In this document: one piece after another, positions 1-9,403 of the stretch
How the letters are laid out: every line of letters begins with the position of its first letter
How positions within the stretch are numbered: the first letter of the stretch is position 1
Source of the DNA: Gammaproteobacteria bacterium
Lineage (GTDB): Bacteria; Pseudomonadota; Gammaproteobacteria; Pseudomonadales; Azotimanducaceae
DNA: 64,000 bases
NCBI GenBank assembly: GCA_004357385.1
Contig: SMWF01000003.1
Location: 50,635-114,634 of the forward strand
Reading direction: 5' to 3'
The notes under the pieces: model-generated
The model's database searches: none
Told to the model about the DNA's origin: nothing
What the model saw: only the letters and a program-made list of their open reading frames with translations
Translations under genes and position numbers: made by a program

Positions 1-39
1 GACATCCCCGACGGCTCTGACGATGAATGGCTGGCGAGT

Positions 40-1050
40 TTATGATTCAGCAGACGATGCGGCGGACGAGTCAGCGGGAATCGCGGCATCAATTCGGGTG
101 CGCACCTGGTCCGGGGTGAAACTCCCGGGGCCAAGGCCGGTTCGGGCCATCTCGTTGCCCAGCGCCTGTAGTGCCTCGTTGGCAGGCGTTGGCACGCCGT
201 GGAGCCGGCCCAGCAGAACGATTTCACCATTCAGAAAGTCGCTCTCGATATCGCCGGTGCCGCGCGCGATGCTCTGCCAGGACGACCCGCCGCCACGCGG
301 CACATCGGGGATGTCGGCGTAGCTGAGACCCCGGGCATAGCGTCCCTGCATCTCTTCACGGCTGGCGCAATCGATTCCTGCCGCACGGAAACAGTCGAGT
401 GCTTCACGACGCAACAGGCGCGCAATCTCAGCAGAGCCTTCAACCATGTCCGTGGCCGCCTGCAGCGAATTGCTCAGGTTCCCCAGCAGTTTCGCGTACT
501 TGGCACGCATGACACGTGAATCCGTCTCACAACTGAAACCTGCCGCACGGAGACGTTCCGCGATCGATTCGCATCGGTCGTCGACGCCCTGCGGATAGCG
601 GCCCAGGTCCAGCACTCCACCAATCCCGTCGGCATGCGTGACCACCACGCCGGGCTCGAGATGCAATCCCGGCAGAATCACCAGCATGGCGTACACGTTA
701 GCGAACCGACGCAACGCAGCACGTTCGTTAGCGACACCATTCTGTGCGCAAACAACGGCGATCCCGTCAGGCGCCACCGCCCGCAGGTCTCCAAGCGCGG
801 CATCCATATGCTGAGACTTCATGCACATCAGAACGACATCGTCCGGGCGGTAACCCAACTCGCGCGGATGTCCGACCACCTCGACCTGACGCGTGACCTG
901 CTCCCCTGGGGCGAGCAGCTCGAGACCACGCTCACGGATCGCCTCGAGATGCGCTCCGCGCGCGATCAGCACCACCTCGGTGCCCGCCTGCAGCAGGCGC
1001 ATCCCGATTGTTCCACCGATGCCGCCCGCACCGTAGATGACGAAGCGCAT
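40..1050 (-). CDS. 2-dehydropantoate 2-reductase (ApbA/PanE) family NAD(P)-dependent oxidoreductase
   Basis: 336-aa ORF with the N-terminal Rossmann motif MRFVIYGAGGIGG. Length and layout fit the ketopantoate reductase family. Substrate cannot be assigned from sequence alone. Confidence 0.7.
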   Translation of the reverse strand: MRFVIYGAGGIGGTIGMRLLQAGTEVVLIARGAHLEAIRERGLELLAPGEQVTRQVEVVGHPRELGYRPDDVVLMCMKSQHMDAALGDLRAVAPDGIAVVCAQNGVANERAALRRFANVYAMLVILPGLHLEPGVVVTHADGIGGVLDLGRYPQGVDDRCESIAERLRAAGFSCETDSRVMRAKYAKLLGNLSNSLQAATDMVEGSAEIARLLRREALDCFRAAGIDCASREEMQGRYARGLSYADIPDVPRGGGSSWQSIARGTGDIESDFLNGEIVLLGRLHGVPTPANEALQALGNEMARTGLGPGSFTPDQVRTRIDAAIPADSSAASSAES

Positions 1051-1145
1051 GTGTTGGTCCTGAACAAACCTGGAAAGATCTTACACTGCTATATGCGCGA
1101 CAATACCGGGGCACCACCACCCCAACGGCATCAACGGAGGCATGA

Positions 1146-2036
1146 ATGAAGGCGTTGGAAAACATCCTGGTCGTCGTCGACAAACCAAAGCACGAACAAA
1201 TTGCCCTGCGACGCGCACTGGCAATGCAGCGTCAGACTGGCGCCAGGCTGCACCTCAGAGCATTCGCCTGGGACCCGAGCTACGACCAACGCGGCGCCTA
1301 CGAGGCCACGCACCGCCGCTCGATCAGGCAGCATGAAGTCGACAAACGCCGGCAGTGGCTCAGCGCCACGCTGACGAAGGCCGGGGGCGTCCCGCGCGAA
1401 GTGACTCAGCAGGTGGTCTGGACCAAGGACATCGCGGGTTGGATCACCTCGTCACTGGTCAGCAAGCCAATGGACCTGGTGTTGAAGCACGCCCATCGGA
1501 GTCAAAGCCTGACCCACACGCCCACCGACTGGAATCTGATCCGGGACTGCCCGGCGCCGGTCCTACTGTGCATTCGCAAACGCTTTGCGCGCCGGCCGAA
1601 AATTCTCGTCGCGCTGGATCTGAACAATTACAACCGAGCGCATCAGCGTCTCAACCGCAACGCGCTGGCCTATGCGGACGCCATCCGCCAGGCCTACCCC
1701 GACGCTGAAATCCACTGCGTTTACGCGTTACCGGTATCGCCAGTGCTGACCGACCTCGACATGATCCACCCGCGCACCGCGCGCGAGAAAGCCAGGGTCC
1801 AGACCCGGGCATTTCTCGACGAACTGCTCGCGCCGTACGACATACCCAGGTCACGCGTCTACCTTCCGATCGGCAAGGTGGGGCATGCGGTGAACAGCGT
1901 GGCGGCCAAGCTGAAGGCGGACCTGCTCGTGATGGGCACCACATCGCGTAAGGGCCTACGTGGCTTCCTGCTGGGTAATTCCGCCGAGCGCGTGCTGGCC
2001 AAGGCACGTTGTGATGTGCTGGCAATCAAGCCGTGA
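1146..2036 (+). CDS. uspE: Universal stress protein E (tandem USP domains)
   Basis: 296 aa. Blocks match E. coli UspE: ILVVVDKP..ALRRA, HTPTDWNLIRDCPAPV and C-terminal GNSAERVLAKARCDVLAIKP. GGAGG lies 5 nt upstream of the ATG. Confidence 0.8.
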   Translation: MKALENILVVVDKPKHEQIALRRALAMQRQTGARLHLRAFAWDPSYDQRGAYEATHRRSIRQHEVDKRRQWLSATLTKAGGVPREVTQQVVWTKDIAGWITSSLVSKPMDLVLKHAHRSQSLTHTPTDWNLIRDCPAPVLLCIRKRFARRPKILVALDLNNYNRAHQRLNRNALAYADAIRQAYPDAEIHCVYALPVSPVLTDLDMIHPRTAREKARVQTRAFLDELLAPYDIPRSRVYLPIGKVGHAVNSVAAKLKADLLVMGTTSRKGLRGFLLGNSAERVLAKARCDVLAIKP

Positions 2037-2159
2037 TCCAGGTCGCCCGCAAACGCCCGACTTTGTGAACCGGTCGCACCCACCCGATGGACAACCACCC
2101 TAGGCTAGGGATTCCAGGCAGCGCCGCTGCCCCAGCCCAACAGTCAGCGAGCGGTTGTC

Positions 2160-2810
2160 ATGGATAAGACAGCAACAATCACGCCACGCACACTTCTGCA
2201 GACTACAGCGCTGCTCGTGATCGTCCTGCTACCGGGCTGCGCCACCCTGAGCGAAAGCCAGTGTGCCGCGAACGACTGGCAGACAGTCGGCTACAGCGAT
2301 GGCGCAAGCGGTCAGGATTCATCGCGCCTGTTGAAGCATCAAAACGCATGCATGAAGCACGGCGTAACGCCCGACCGCGTGGCATACATGGCTGGCTGGG
2401 AAGAAGGTGTGGTGCGTTACTGCACGCCCGACAACGGATTCCAGCAGGGCCAGCGCGGCTCAAGCTACCGCAACGTTTGTCCGAGCGACCTCGAACCCGG
2501 CTTCCACGACGCCTACCTCGCAGGCCGGGAACTGTACGTCGCCCAGGCCGAGATCACCCAGATGCAGCGCAGCATCGCCAGCAAATCCAGGCAGCTGAAG
2601 GAATTAGCGCACGATCTGCGCGATGCCGAAGCCAGACTGATAGCGGGCGATGCGACCGAGATGGACCGCATGCGCTGGTTGGACGAAACCAAGGCGCTGG
2701 CCCGCACCCAAGGCCAGCTGGAGTCTGAGATCGTCGAACTACGAGTGAGCTCCGCAGTAAAGAAAGAACGGCTGGAGACACTGCGTCAAACGTTGGCAAT
2801 GGGTCACTGA
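2160..2810 (+). CDS. DUF2799-family lipoprotein
   Basis: Lipobox LLPGC follows a signal peptide. Cys-rich repeats (CAANDWQTVGYSDG, YCTPDNGFQQG) are typical of DUF2799. C-terminal coiled coil. Confidence 0.7.
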   Translation: MDKTATITPRTLLQTTALLVIVLLPGCATLSESQCAANDWQTVGYSDGASGQDSSRLLKHQNACMKHGVTPDRVAYMAGWEEGVVRYCTPDNGFQQGQRGSSYRNVCPSDLEPGFHDAYLAGRELYVAQAEITQMQRSIASKSRQLKELAHDLRDAEARLIAGDATEMDRMRWLDETKALARTQGQLESEIVELRVSSAVKKERLETLRQTLAMGH

Positions 2811-2865
2811 GGGTTGCGCCAAAGCAGGTCGTTCAAGCTGGTACCTGCCGCACAAAAGGCCAGAT

Positions 2866-3330
2866 TTGCATCGTCTAAGATCAGCAGACCTGAGCGCCGG
2901 AATTGTCGTGAGCGCCGCTTACCACATCAACGCCGAAGACGAGTTCATCTCGTTCAACTTCGCCGACCAGGTCAACCTGGTCGACCTCTACGAGTTGCTG
3001 CGGGATCTACTCGCGGATCCGGAGTTTCAGCCGGCCTGGCCCCAGCTCATGGATCTGCGCAACATCAAGCTCAATCTGATGCCCGGTGCGCTCAAGCCGT
3101 TCGTGAAGTATCTCACCGGCACCTACAGTCCTCGAATAGACGCCGCCGTGGCGGTGGTGCTGGACAGTGATATGAGTGCCGAACTCTATGCGGGCGTATA
3201 CCGTCTGGCGTGCAGCCTTCCAGGTACCGAGGTGTTCGACGACTACGGACAGGCCATCAAGTGGCTCCTGCAGCCAGGCTGGAAGAGCCCCGCCGACGAA
3301 CCGGCCGGAACCTCCGAAGGGTCAGTGTAG
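2866..3330 (+). CDS. Hypothetical protein (possibly a small stand-alone STAS-like fold)
   Basis: 154-aa ORF with protein-like composition. No motif I can name with certainty. Start is uncertain (TTG at 2866, or the in-frame GTG at 2908). Confidence 0.45.
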   Translation: MHRLRSADLSAGIVVSAAYHINAEDEFISFNFADQVNLVDLYELLRDLLADPEFQPAWPQLMDLRNIKLNLMPGALKPFVKYLTGTYSPRIDAAVAVVLDSDMSAELYAGVYRLACSLPGTEVFDDYGQAIKWLLQPGWKSPADEPAGTSEGSV

Positions 3331-3429
3331 CCACCAGATACCCGCCGTCATCAGGCTGATACAGCCCCAGAAAACGAACGAACTCGAAACAGCGATGAAA
3401 CGCGCAAACGTTTCGTTGTGTCCACTCAT
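3322..3429 (-). CDS. Candidate small hydrophobic membrane peptide (35 aa, or 37 aa from the ATG at 3435)
   Basis: Hand-translated; below the ORF-track cutoff. Sequence M(YM)SGHNETFARFIAVSSSFVFWGCISLMTAGIWWLH has one predicted TM helix. GAGG precedes the two ATGs by 4 and 10 nt. It overlaps the 3' end of the convergent 2866-3330 ORF by 9 nt. Confidence 0.25.
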   Translation of the reverse strand: MSGHNETFARFIAVSSSFVFWGCISLMTAGIWWLH

Positions 3430-3738
3430 GTACATCTTCCCTCATGAGCTTTGCTGCGAACGCCCCAACGGTCCCAGCAGCTTGAATCTCCGCTAAGGTT
3501 CTAACCTGTGAACCCCGTCACAGCAAATCTGCTACGCAATATCTTGTGCGAGCTTTGTAAAAGCAGCCTGCTGGACTATGACCAACTCGCCCGAGCGAAC
3601 CGAACCCGAGGGAAAAATGAAGATTCTATGGATTCGGACACCTTAAGGCGTTGATGTGCTGAGGTTTTTTTCCGAGGGGGCTCCCGCACCCCTGGAAGGC
3701 TCTTTCAATCGCAAATTGTTGTGGCTATTCTAGGAGCC

Positions 3739-3820
3739 CTCACTAGCCGGTGCTGTATGAATATACAGTGTAATTCTCCTCGGCAGGGCGAACGCACTTC
3801 ATACAGCACGGCTAGTTGAG
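3739..3820. repeat. 82-bp imperfect palindrome (23-nt arms, 36-nt centre)
   Basis: Left arm ctcactagccggtgctgtatgaa (3739-3761). Right arm ttcatacagcacggctagttgag (3798-3820). The arms are complementary except for a one-base insertion in each arm. Confidence 0.85.
3753..3768. promoter_or_regulatory. LexA (SOS) box, CTGT-N8-ACAG class
   Basis: CTGTATGAATATACAG. Both hexamers, CTGTAT and ATACAG, match the gammaproteobacterial consensus TACTGTATATATATACAGTA exactly. Confidence 0.6.
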
Positions 3821-4044
3821 GCCAACCCCACGTCGCTGACCCGATTTCATCTGACAGAGGTCAGCCCTTTGCCTCAGTGCTCCTCGCGGCTCAACACCAC
3901 GCAGCCGCTGGCCCAAACATGCCCTCCACGCCCAGGCACAGCGAAACTTCAGCACCTTCTGTCACCAGACAGCACTCCAACAGGTGGAGGCAGCGAACAC
4001 ACCGAGACGATGCGTGACGCGCAGGCCGGGCAGAACGGGCGCGG

Positions 4045-4075
4045 CGGAAAATAGGTGTGCCGGCAAAGCCCGGCA
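4045..4075 (-). terminator. Probable rho-independent terminator of cysQ
   Basis: On the minus strand: TGCCGG-GCTTTG-CCGGCA followed by CACCTATTTT, directly after the cysQ stop codon. Confidence 0.45.
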
Positions 4076-4080
4076 GTATC

Positions 4081-4896
4081 TCAGAGCGCCGGCAGCCGCT
4101 CAAACCAGGGGAATTCCGCATCGCCAACCGCCAGAAATTCGGGGTTCAAGATGCTGTCTTTCTGATTGTAACCCAGCGGTTCCTCCGCAAACGTCCACAC
4201 CGCCCCACCGGCGGCGGTCAGCACTGCCTGGGCCGCACCGATATCCCACTCCGACGTCGGCCCAAGCCGCGGATACAGGTCCGCCTTGCCCTCAGCCAGG
4301 ATACACAGCTTCAGCGAACTACCCACCGGGGTCCGGGTTACCTCACCAAACTCCAATCTCAGCGCATCGAGATACTGCTCCAGCCGTTCGCCACCGTGAC
4401 TGCGGCTGGCAACCACGGTCAGCGGATGGTCGCCGTTCATGGGCCGGACCGAAATCCGGGCGACCTCCGAACCCGCATATTTCCACGCTTCACCCGCAGG
4501 CACGTTGCCCGTGTAGAGGTTACCCAGCGCCGGTACGCCGACCACGCCCAGCAACGGCGCATGATCCTCGATCAACGCGATGTTGACCGTGAACTCACCG
4601 TTCCGGTTGATGAACTCCTTGGTGCCGTCCAACGGATCGACCAGCCAGTAGCGGGACCACCCGCTGCGAACCGCGAACCCCGGTGACTCCGATTCTTCGG
4701 AAATGATCGGAATGTCCGGCGTCAATGCCGCCAGCTCACTGACGATCAGAGCATGGGCGTTTAAATCCGCTTGGGTCAGTGGCGATTGATCATCCTTCAG
4801 TTCGACATCGAAGTCCGATGCGTAGATTTTCAGAATTTCGGCCCCGGCACGCTCGACGATGGGCCTTACTTCGTCGATGAGCTGCTCGTGGTTCAC
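4081..4896 (-). CDS. cysQ: 3'(2'),5'-bisphosphate nucleotidase
   Basis: 271 aa with the inositol-monophosphatase-fold motifs WLVDPLDGTKEF and WDIGAAQAVL. GTG start. Confidence 0.85.
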   Translation of the reverse strand: MNHEQLIDEVRPIVERAGAEILKIYASDFDVELKDDQSPLTQADLNAHALIVSELAALTPDIPIISEESESPGFAVRSGWSRYWLVDPLDGTKEFINRNGEFTVNIALIEDHAPLLGVVGVPALGNLYTGNVPAGEAWKYAGSEVARISVRPMNGDHPLTVVASRSHGGERLEQYLDALRLEFGEVTRTPVGSSLKLCILAEGKADLYPRLGPTSEWDIGAAQAVLTAAGGAVWTFAEEPLGYNQKDSILNPEFLAVGDAEFPWFERLPAL

Positions 4897-4971
4897 GCCC
4901 TGCCCTCGTGTGAGCCCTCGTATGCCAACCGAGTAGTATACGGACTTTGCTCAAGCGACGAACGGGAACGA

Positions 4972-5625
4972 GTGTTGCTCGACTGGTGTGCAATCGACAC
5001 CGTGCTACTGGACATGGATGGCACGTTGCTCGATCTCAATTTCGACAACGTACTGTGGAATGAGCACATCCCCTTACGCTATGCCGAGCACCACGGAATG
5101 AGTTGCGAAGCCGCCCGCGAGCACCTGTTTGCTCAGTTCAGCACACATCGCAACACGCTCCGGTTTTACTGTCTGGACCACTGGTCCGAAGTCACCGGGA
5201 TGGACGTCGTAGCGATGCACCGCGAGCTGACCCATCTCATCCGCTACCGCCCCCATGCCCGCGCATTCCTGGAGCGCATGATGAGCAGCGGCCGGCACGT
5301 TCGGCTGGTCACGAATTCACACCGCGACGGAATCGACATCAAGAATGAATTCACCGGCTTGACGGAGCTGACCCACCTCACGATCTCCTCACACGACTAC
5401 GACGCGCCGAAGGAAAGCCAGGAGTTCTGGCAGCGTTTCGCTCGGCACCATCCCTTCGACAAAGCGCGTGCGCTGTTCATCGACGACAATGTCAACGTGC
5501 TGGATGCGGCGCGCACCTACGGAATCGCGCAACTGTGCATCGTTTCGCAGCCCGATTCGGCCCGGCCGCCGCGCGTCGGGTTCGACTACCCGGCATTCAA
5601 CGGCTTCGACGAGATCATGCCATGA
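4972..5625 (+). CDS. HAD-superfamily hydrolase, YrfG-like (GMP/IMP nucleotidase family)
   Basis: HAD motif I DMDGTLLD. It sits immediately upstream of hslR, as in E. coli yrfG-hslR. The track ORF starts at 4771 and overlaps cysQ, so I place the start at the in-frame GTG at 4972 (uncertain). Confidence 0.7.
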   Translation: MLLDWCAIDTVLLDMDGTLLDLNFDNVLWNEHIPLRYAEHHGMSCEAAREHLFAQFSTHRNTLRFYCLDHWSEVTGMDVVAMHRELTHLIRYRPHARAFLERMMSSGRHVRLVTNSHRDGIDIKNEFTGLTELTHLTISSHDYDAPKESQEFWQRFARHHPFDKARALFIDDNVNVLDAARTYGIAQLCIVSQPDSARPPRVGFDYPAFNGFDEIMP

Positions 5626-6047
5626 GTCGGCGAGCGAACGTCCTGGCGCAAGCTTCCGCGAAGCCGAAGGTCAGACTCGACCGTTGGCTGTGGGCGGCGC
5701 GCATGTTCATGACCCGGTCTCAGGCCAAACAGGCCATCGAAGGGGGCAAGGTCCACTACAACGGGCAGCGCACCAAACCTGCGCGCGAGACTGAGATCGG
5801 CGCTGAACTCGACATTACCCGCAACTTTCAGGCCCTGACCGTGGTGGTCGACGCGCTCTCTGATCGGCGCGGTCCGGCCGTCGAGGCGCAGCAGCTGTAC
5901 CACGAAACCGAAACCAGCATCACCAGGCGAGCGACCGAGCAGGAGCGCGCGCGGCTGCAACGCGCCGGATTGCAGCAACCGATGGGCCGGCCCGACAAGC
6001 ACGATCGGCGCGCGCTGACCGCGCTCAAGCAGCGAGGGAGCCCCTGA
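5622..6047 (+). CDS. hslR: Ribosome-associated heat shock protein Hsp15 (S4 domain)
   Basis: S4 RNA-binding signature VRLDRWLWAARMFMTRSQAKQAIEGGKVHYNG. The ATG at 5622 overlaps the upstream stop (ATGA). Confidence 0.85.
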   Translation: MSRRANVLAQASAKPKVRLDRWLWAARMFMTRSQAKQAIEGGKVHYNGQRTKPARETEIGAELDITRNFQALTVVVDALSDRRGPAVEAQQLYHETETSITRRATEQERARLQRAGLQQPMGRPDKHDRRALTALKQRGSP

Positions 6048-6169
6048 CCGGGTATTGGGCTCCACGGCTGAGTTTGGCATAATGCGCCCTGGGGGAACGG
6101 CTTCCGCATCGGTCATCGACCGGCAAGCTATTGATTTATAAAACTTTTAGAGGCGCGCTTCACGACGTC

Positions 6170-7729
6170 ATGGCACTCGATATCGACACCACTTCGCGCA
6201 AGCATGTCTACACTGAGCTGAGCACCGCGGCCCTGGCGGAGTGGGCCGTGGTGCGCGGCGAAGGGCAGTTTGCCGCGAACGGTGCAATCGTGGTCGAGAC
6301 AGGATCCCGCACCGGCCGCTCCCCGAAGGATCGCTTCCTGGTCGAGGAGCCCGGCACCGCCGAGGCAATCGATTGGGGCACGATCAATCAGGCCATCGCC
6401 CCGGACATGTTCGACGCAATCTGGGATCGCGTGCAGGTTCATCTGGCCGACCGTGACACCTTTGTTTCCCATCTTCACGTTGGCGCCGATCCCGAGCACT
6501 ACCTGCCCATTGAGGTCACCACGGAGTATGCCTGGCACGCTCTGTTCGGCCGCGCTCTGTTCATCGAGCCGCCCCACTACAACCCTAACGGCAAGGAGAT
6601 CTGGCAGGTCGTGAATGCGCCCGGCTTCACCTGCGACCCCCAGCGCGATGGCACCCACAGCGATGCCACGGTGATGATCAATTTTGCCCAGCGCAAGGTT
6701 CTGCTCGCCGGTATGCGCTACGCCGGGGAGATGAAGAAGAGCATGTTCGGGGTGCAAAACTTTCTGCTGCCCGAGAGAGATGTGCTGCCGATGCACTGTT
6801 CCGCAAACACGAGCCGGGACGGAACGGTGACCCTGTTTTTCGGCCTGTCTGGAACCGGAAAGACCACCCTTTCTGCCGACCCCGAGCGCCTGCTGATCGG
6901 CGACGACGAGCACGGCTGGGGCAAGGGCACCGTGTTCAACCTCGAAGGTGGTTGCTACGCCAAATGCATCGACCTGACCCGCGAAAACGAACCCGTCATC
7001 TACGATGCCATCCGCTTCGGCGCAATCGTCGAGAACGTGGTCATCGATCCGGACACGCGCGAGCTTGACTACGCGGACTCGACTCTCACGGAGAACACCC
7101 GGGCGTGTTACCCGCTGGAGAACATCGCACTGCGAGTCGAAGAGAACCGTGCCGGAGAGCCGGAATCAATCATCTTCCTGACCTGTGATGTCAGCGGTGT
7201 GTTGCCGCCGATCTCGATCCTCAGCAAGGAAGCGGCGGCCTACCATTTCCTGTCCGGCTACACGGCGGCCGTGGGTTCGACTGAAGTCGGTTCCACTGAA
7301 GCGTACAGCGCGACGTTCTCGACCTGTTTCGGCGCGCCGTTCTTCCCGCGGCCGGCAGGCGTTTACGCGGACCTGCTGATGAAACGCATTGGGGAATTTG
7401 GTTCCCAGGTGTACCTGGTGAACACCGGCTGGTCGGGCGGCGGCTACGGCGTCGGCAAACGCTTCAGCATTCCAACCACCCGGGCGATCATTCATGCGAT
7501 TCAGAACGGGGCCCTGCGGGAGGTTGCTACCGAAACCCTTCCCGCGTTGAATCTGGACATCCCTACGACTGTGGCCAATCTCGACCAGAACATCCTCAAC
7601 CCCCGCAATACCTGGGCAGACAAGACAGCTTACGACGCGGCCGCGGCGGCCCTCGCAGCCAAGTTCCGGGCGAACTTCAAACGCTTCGACGTCGCCCCGG
7701 CGATCGTTGCAGCAGGTCCAACCGCATAG
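6170..7729 (+). CDS. pckA: Phosphoenolpyruvate carboxykinase (ATP)
   Basis: Kinase-1a loop [11 protein letters not shown], plus TGRSPKDRF and LIGDDEHGW blocks. ATG at 6170 is preferred over the track's TTG at 6131 because the N-terminal length then matches other PckA proteins. Confidence 0.95.
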   Translation: MALDIDTTSRKHVYTELSTAALAEWAVVRGEGQFAANGAIVVETGSRTGRSPKDRFLVEEPGTAEAIDWGTINQAIAPDMFDAIWDRVQVHLADRDTFVSHLHVGADPEHYLPIEVTTEYAWHALFGRALFIEPPHYNPNGKEIWQVVNAPGFTCDPQRDGTHSDATVMINFAQRKVLLAGMRYAGEMKKSMFGVQNFLLPERDVLPMHCSANTSRDGTVTLFFGLSGTGKTTLSADPERLLIGDDEHGWGKGTVFNLEGGCYAKCIDLTRENEPVIYDAIRFGAIVENVVIDPDTRELDYADSTLTENTRACYPLENIALRVEENRAGEPESIIFLTCDVSGVLPPISILSKEAAAYHFLSGYTAAVGSTEVGSTEAYSATFSTCFGAPFFPRPAGVYADLLMKRIGEFGSQVYLVNTGWSGGGYGVGKRFSIPTTRAIIHAIQNGALREVATETLPALNLDIPTTVANLDQNILNPRNTWADKTAYDAAAAALAAKFRANFKRFDVAPAIVAAGPTA

Positions 7730-7831
7730 ATCTGCGCGTCGTGCGCCGCTGGCGAGCCGCCGTACGCCGCTTTGCAGTGCGCGCCGATGACGCTAATCTA
7801 GCGGGCCCCAGCCAGTTACACTAACGCGTCG

Positions 7832-9403
7832 ATGCCAATCTCGCTCTCCAGTCACCTGTCAGCCCTGACGGGACCGAACCGGTCCGCGTCCCTCGTGGGG
7901 CTGCACCGCGGCATCGAAAAAGAAAGTCTGAGGGTGCTGCCAAGCGGCGAACTGGCACGCACCAGCCACCCGCCCGCGCTCGGCGCAGCGCTGACTCATC
8001 CACACATCACCACCGATTTCAGTGAAGCGCAGCTCGAGCTCATCACCCAGGTCAACGACAGCGTCGAGGGTTGCCTAAAGGAACTCACCGACGTGCACCG
8101 ATACGTGTACGAGCACATCGACAACGAGCTGCTGTGGGCGTCCAGCATGCCGTGCGTGCTGGCCGGCGACGACATTCCCCTGGGCTACTACGGCGAATCG
8201 AACATCGGCCGCACGAAAACCGTGTACCGGCAGGGCCTGGCGACGCGCTACGGACCTTTGATGCAGACCATCTCGGGCATTCACTACAATTTCTCGATTC
8301 CCGAGCCGTTGTGGTCGGTGCTCGCCGAGGTGCGTGGCGGACACCTCGACCAACACTTCAAGACCGACGCCTATTTCGGTCTGATTCGTAATTTTCGACG
8401 CCATTCCTGGCTGCTGATCTACCTGTTCGGTGCGTCACCTGCACTGTGCAAGTCGTTCGTCAAAGACACGCCCCACACGCTCGAGAGTTTCGATGAGGGA
8501 TCGCTGTACCTGCCCGGCGCCACCTCGCTGCGGATGGGCCGGCTTGGCTACCAGAGCGACGCCCAGGCAGATCTGCACATTTCCTACAACAGCCTCGCGC
8601 AGTATGCGGATTCCATGCGCCACGCCTTGACGCAACCGTTTCCTGCCTACGAGGCCCTGGGCGTGAGGGTCGACGGCCAGTATCGCCAGCTGAGCAGCAC
8701 CCTCATTCAGATCGAGAACGAATTTTACGGCACGATTCGGCCGAAGCGACGCATCGGATCCGGTGAACGGCCATTGACGGCGCTGAACGAACGCGGCGTG
8801 GAGTATGTGGAGGTTCGCTGCATCGACCTGAATCCATTCCTGCCGGTGGGAATCGATGCGGCCCAGATCCGTTTCTTGGACACGTTTCTGCTGCATTGTC
8901 TGCTGAGCGAAAGTCCTCCCGACAGCCGCACGGAATCGGCGCGTCTGATCGAGAATCAACTGACGGTGGTCGAACGCGGTCGCGCCACCGACACAACCTT
9001 AAAGCAAGGCGACGACCCGGTTTCGATTGCCGATTGGGCGACCCACCTGCTCGCCGAATGCGGCGACATTGCCGCGCTGCTCGACGAAGCCCACGGGGGC
9101 AGCGCCTATCGTGAGAGCTGGCACCAGCAACGGGACCGAGTGGCCGACCCCGAGCTGACGCCCTCGGCGCAGATTCTTGCGGCAATGCGGGAGGAGGCGG
9201 TGCCGTTTTTCCGTTTTGCCATGAATCGATCCCTTGCCCACCGCAACGAGTTCCTTGCCAGCCCAATGGACCCGCCCATGCGCAAACGGTTTGAGCAGTT
9301 GGCCCGCCAGTCGCTGGCGGACCAGAAAACCATCGAAGCCAACGATGTGGTGGATTTCGATTCGTTCCTGACGTCATACCTGCAACTGCCAGAGAATCCT
9401 TGA
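7832..9403 (+). CDS. gshA: Glutamate--cysteine ligase
   Basis: 523 aa with the GshA N-terminal block GLHRGIEKESLRV and family-wide similarity. Confidence 0.93.
   Translation: MPISLSSHLSALTGPNRSASLVGLHRGIEKESLRVLPSGELARTSHPPALGAALTHPHITTDFSEAQLELITQVNDSVEGCLKELTDVHRYVYEHIDNELLWASSMPCVLAGDDIPLGYYGESNIGRTKTVYRQGLATRYGPLMQTISGIHYNFSIPEPLWSVLAEVRGGHLDQHFKTDAYFGLIRNFRRHSWLLIYLFGASPALCKSFVKDTPHTLESFDEGSLYLPGATSLRMGRLGYQSDAQADLHISYNSLAQYADSMRHALTQPFPAYEALGVRVDGQYRQLSSTLIQIENEFYGTIRPKRRIGSGERPLTALNERGVEYVEVRCIDLNPFLPVGIDAAQIRFLDTFLLHCLLSESPPDSRTESARLIENQLTVVERGRATDTTLKQGDDPVSIADWATHLLAECGDIAALLDEAHGGSAYRESWHQQRDRVADPELTPSAQILAAMREEAVPFFRFAMNRSLAHRNEFLASPMDPPMRKRFEQLARQSLADQKTIEANDVVDFDSFLTSYLQLPENP

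Noticed and set aside
3869-4054. A 61-aa plus-strand ORF downstream of the LexA box, with a TTG start and AGAGG 8-9 nt upstream.
   Set aside because: The product is polar and low-complexity (MPQCSSRLNTTQPLAQTCPPRPGTAKLQ...), with no hydrophobic or structured character and no recognisable family. I kept it only as a remote alternative target of the SOS box.
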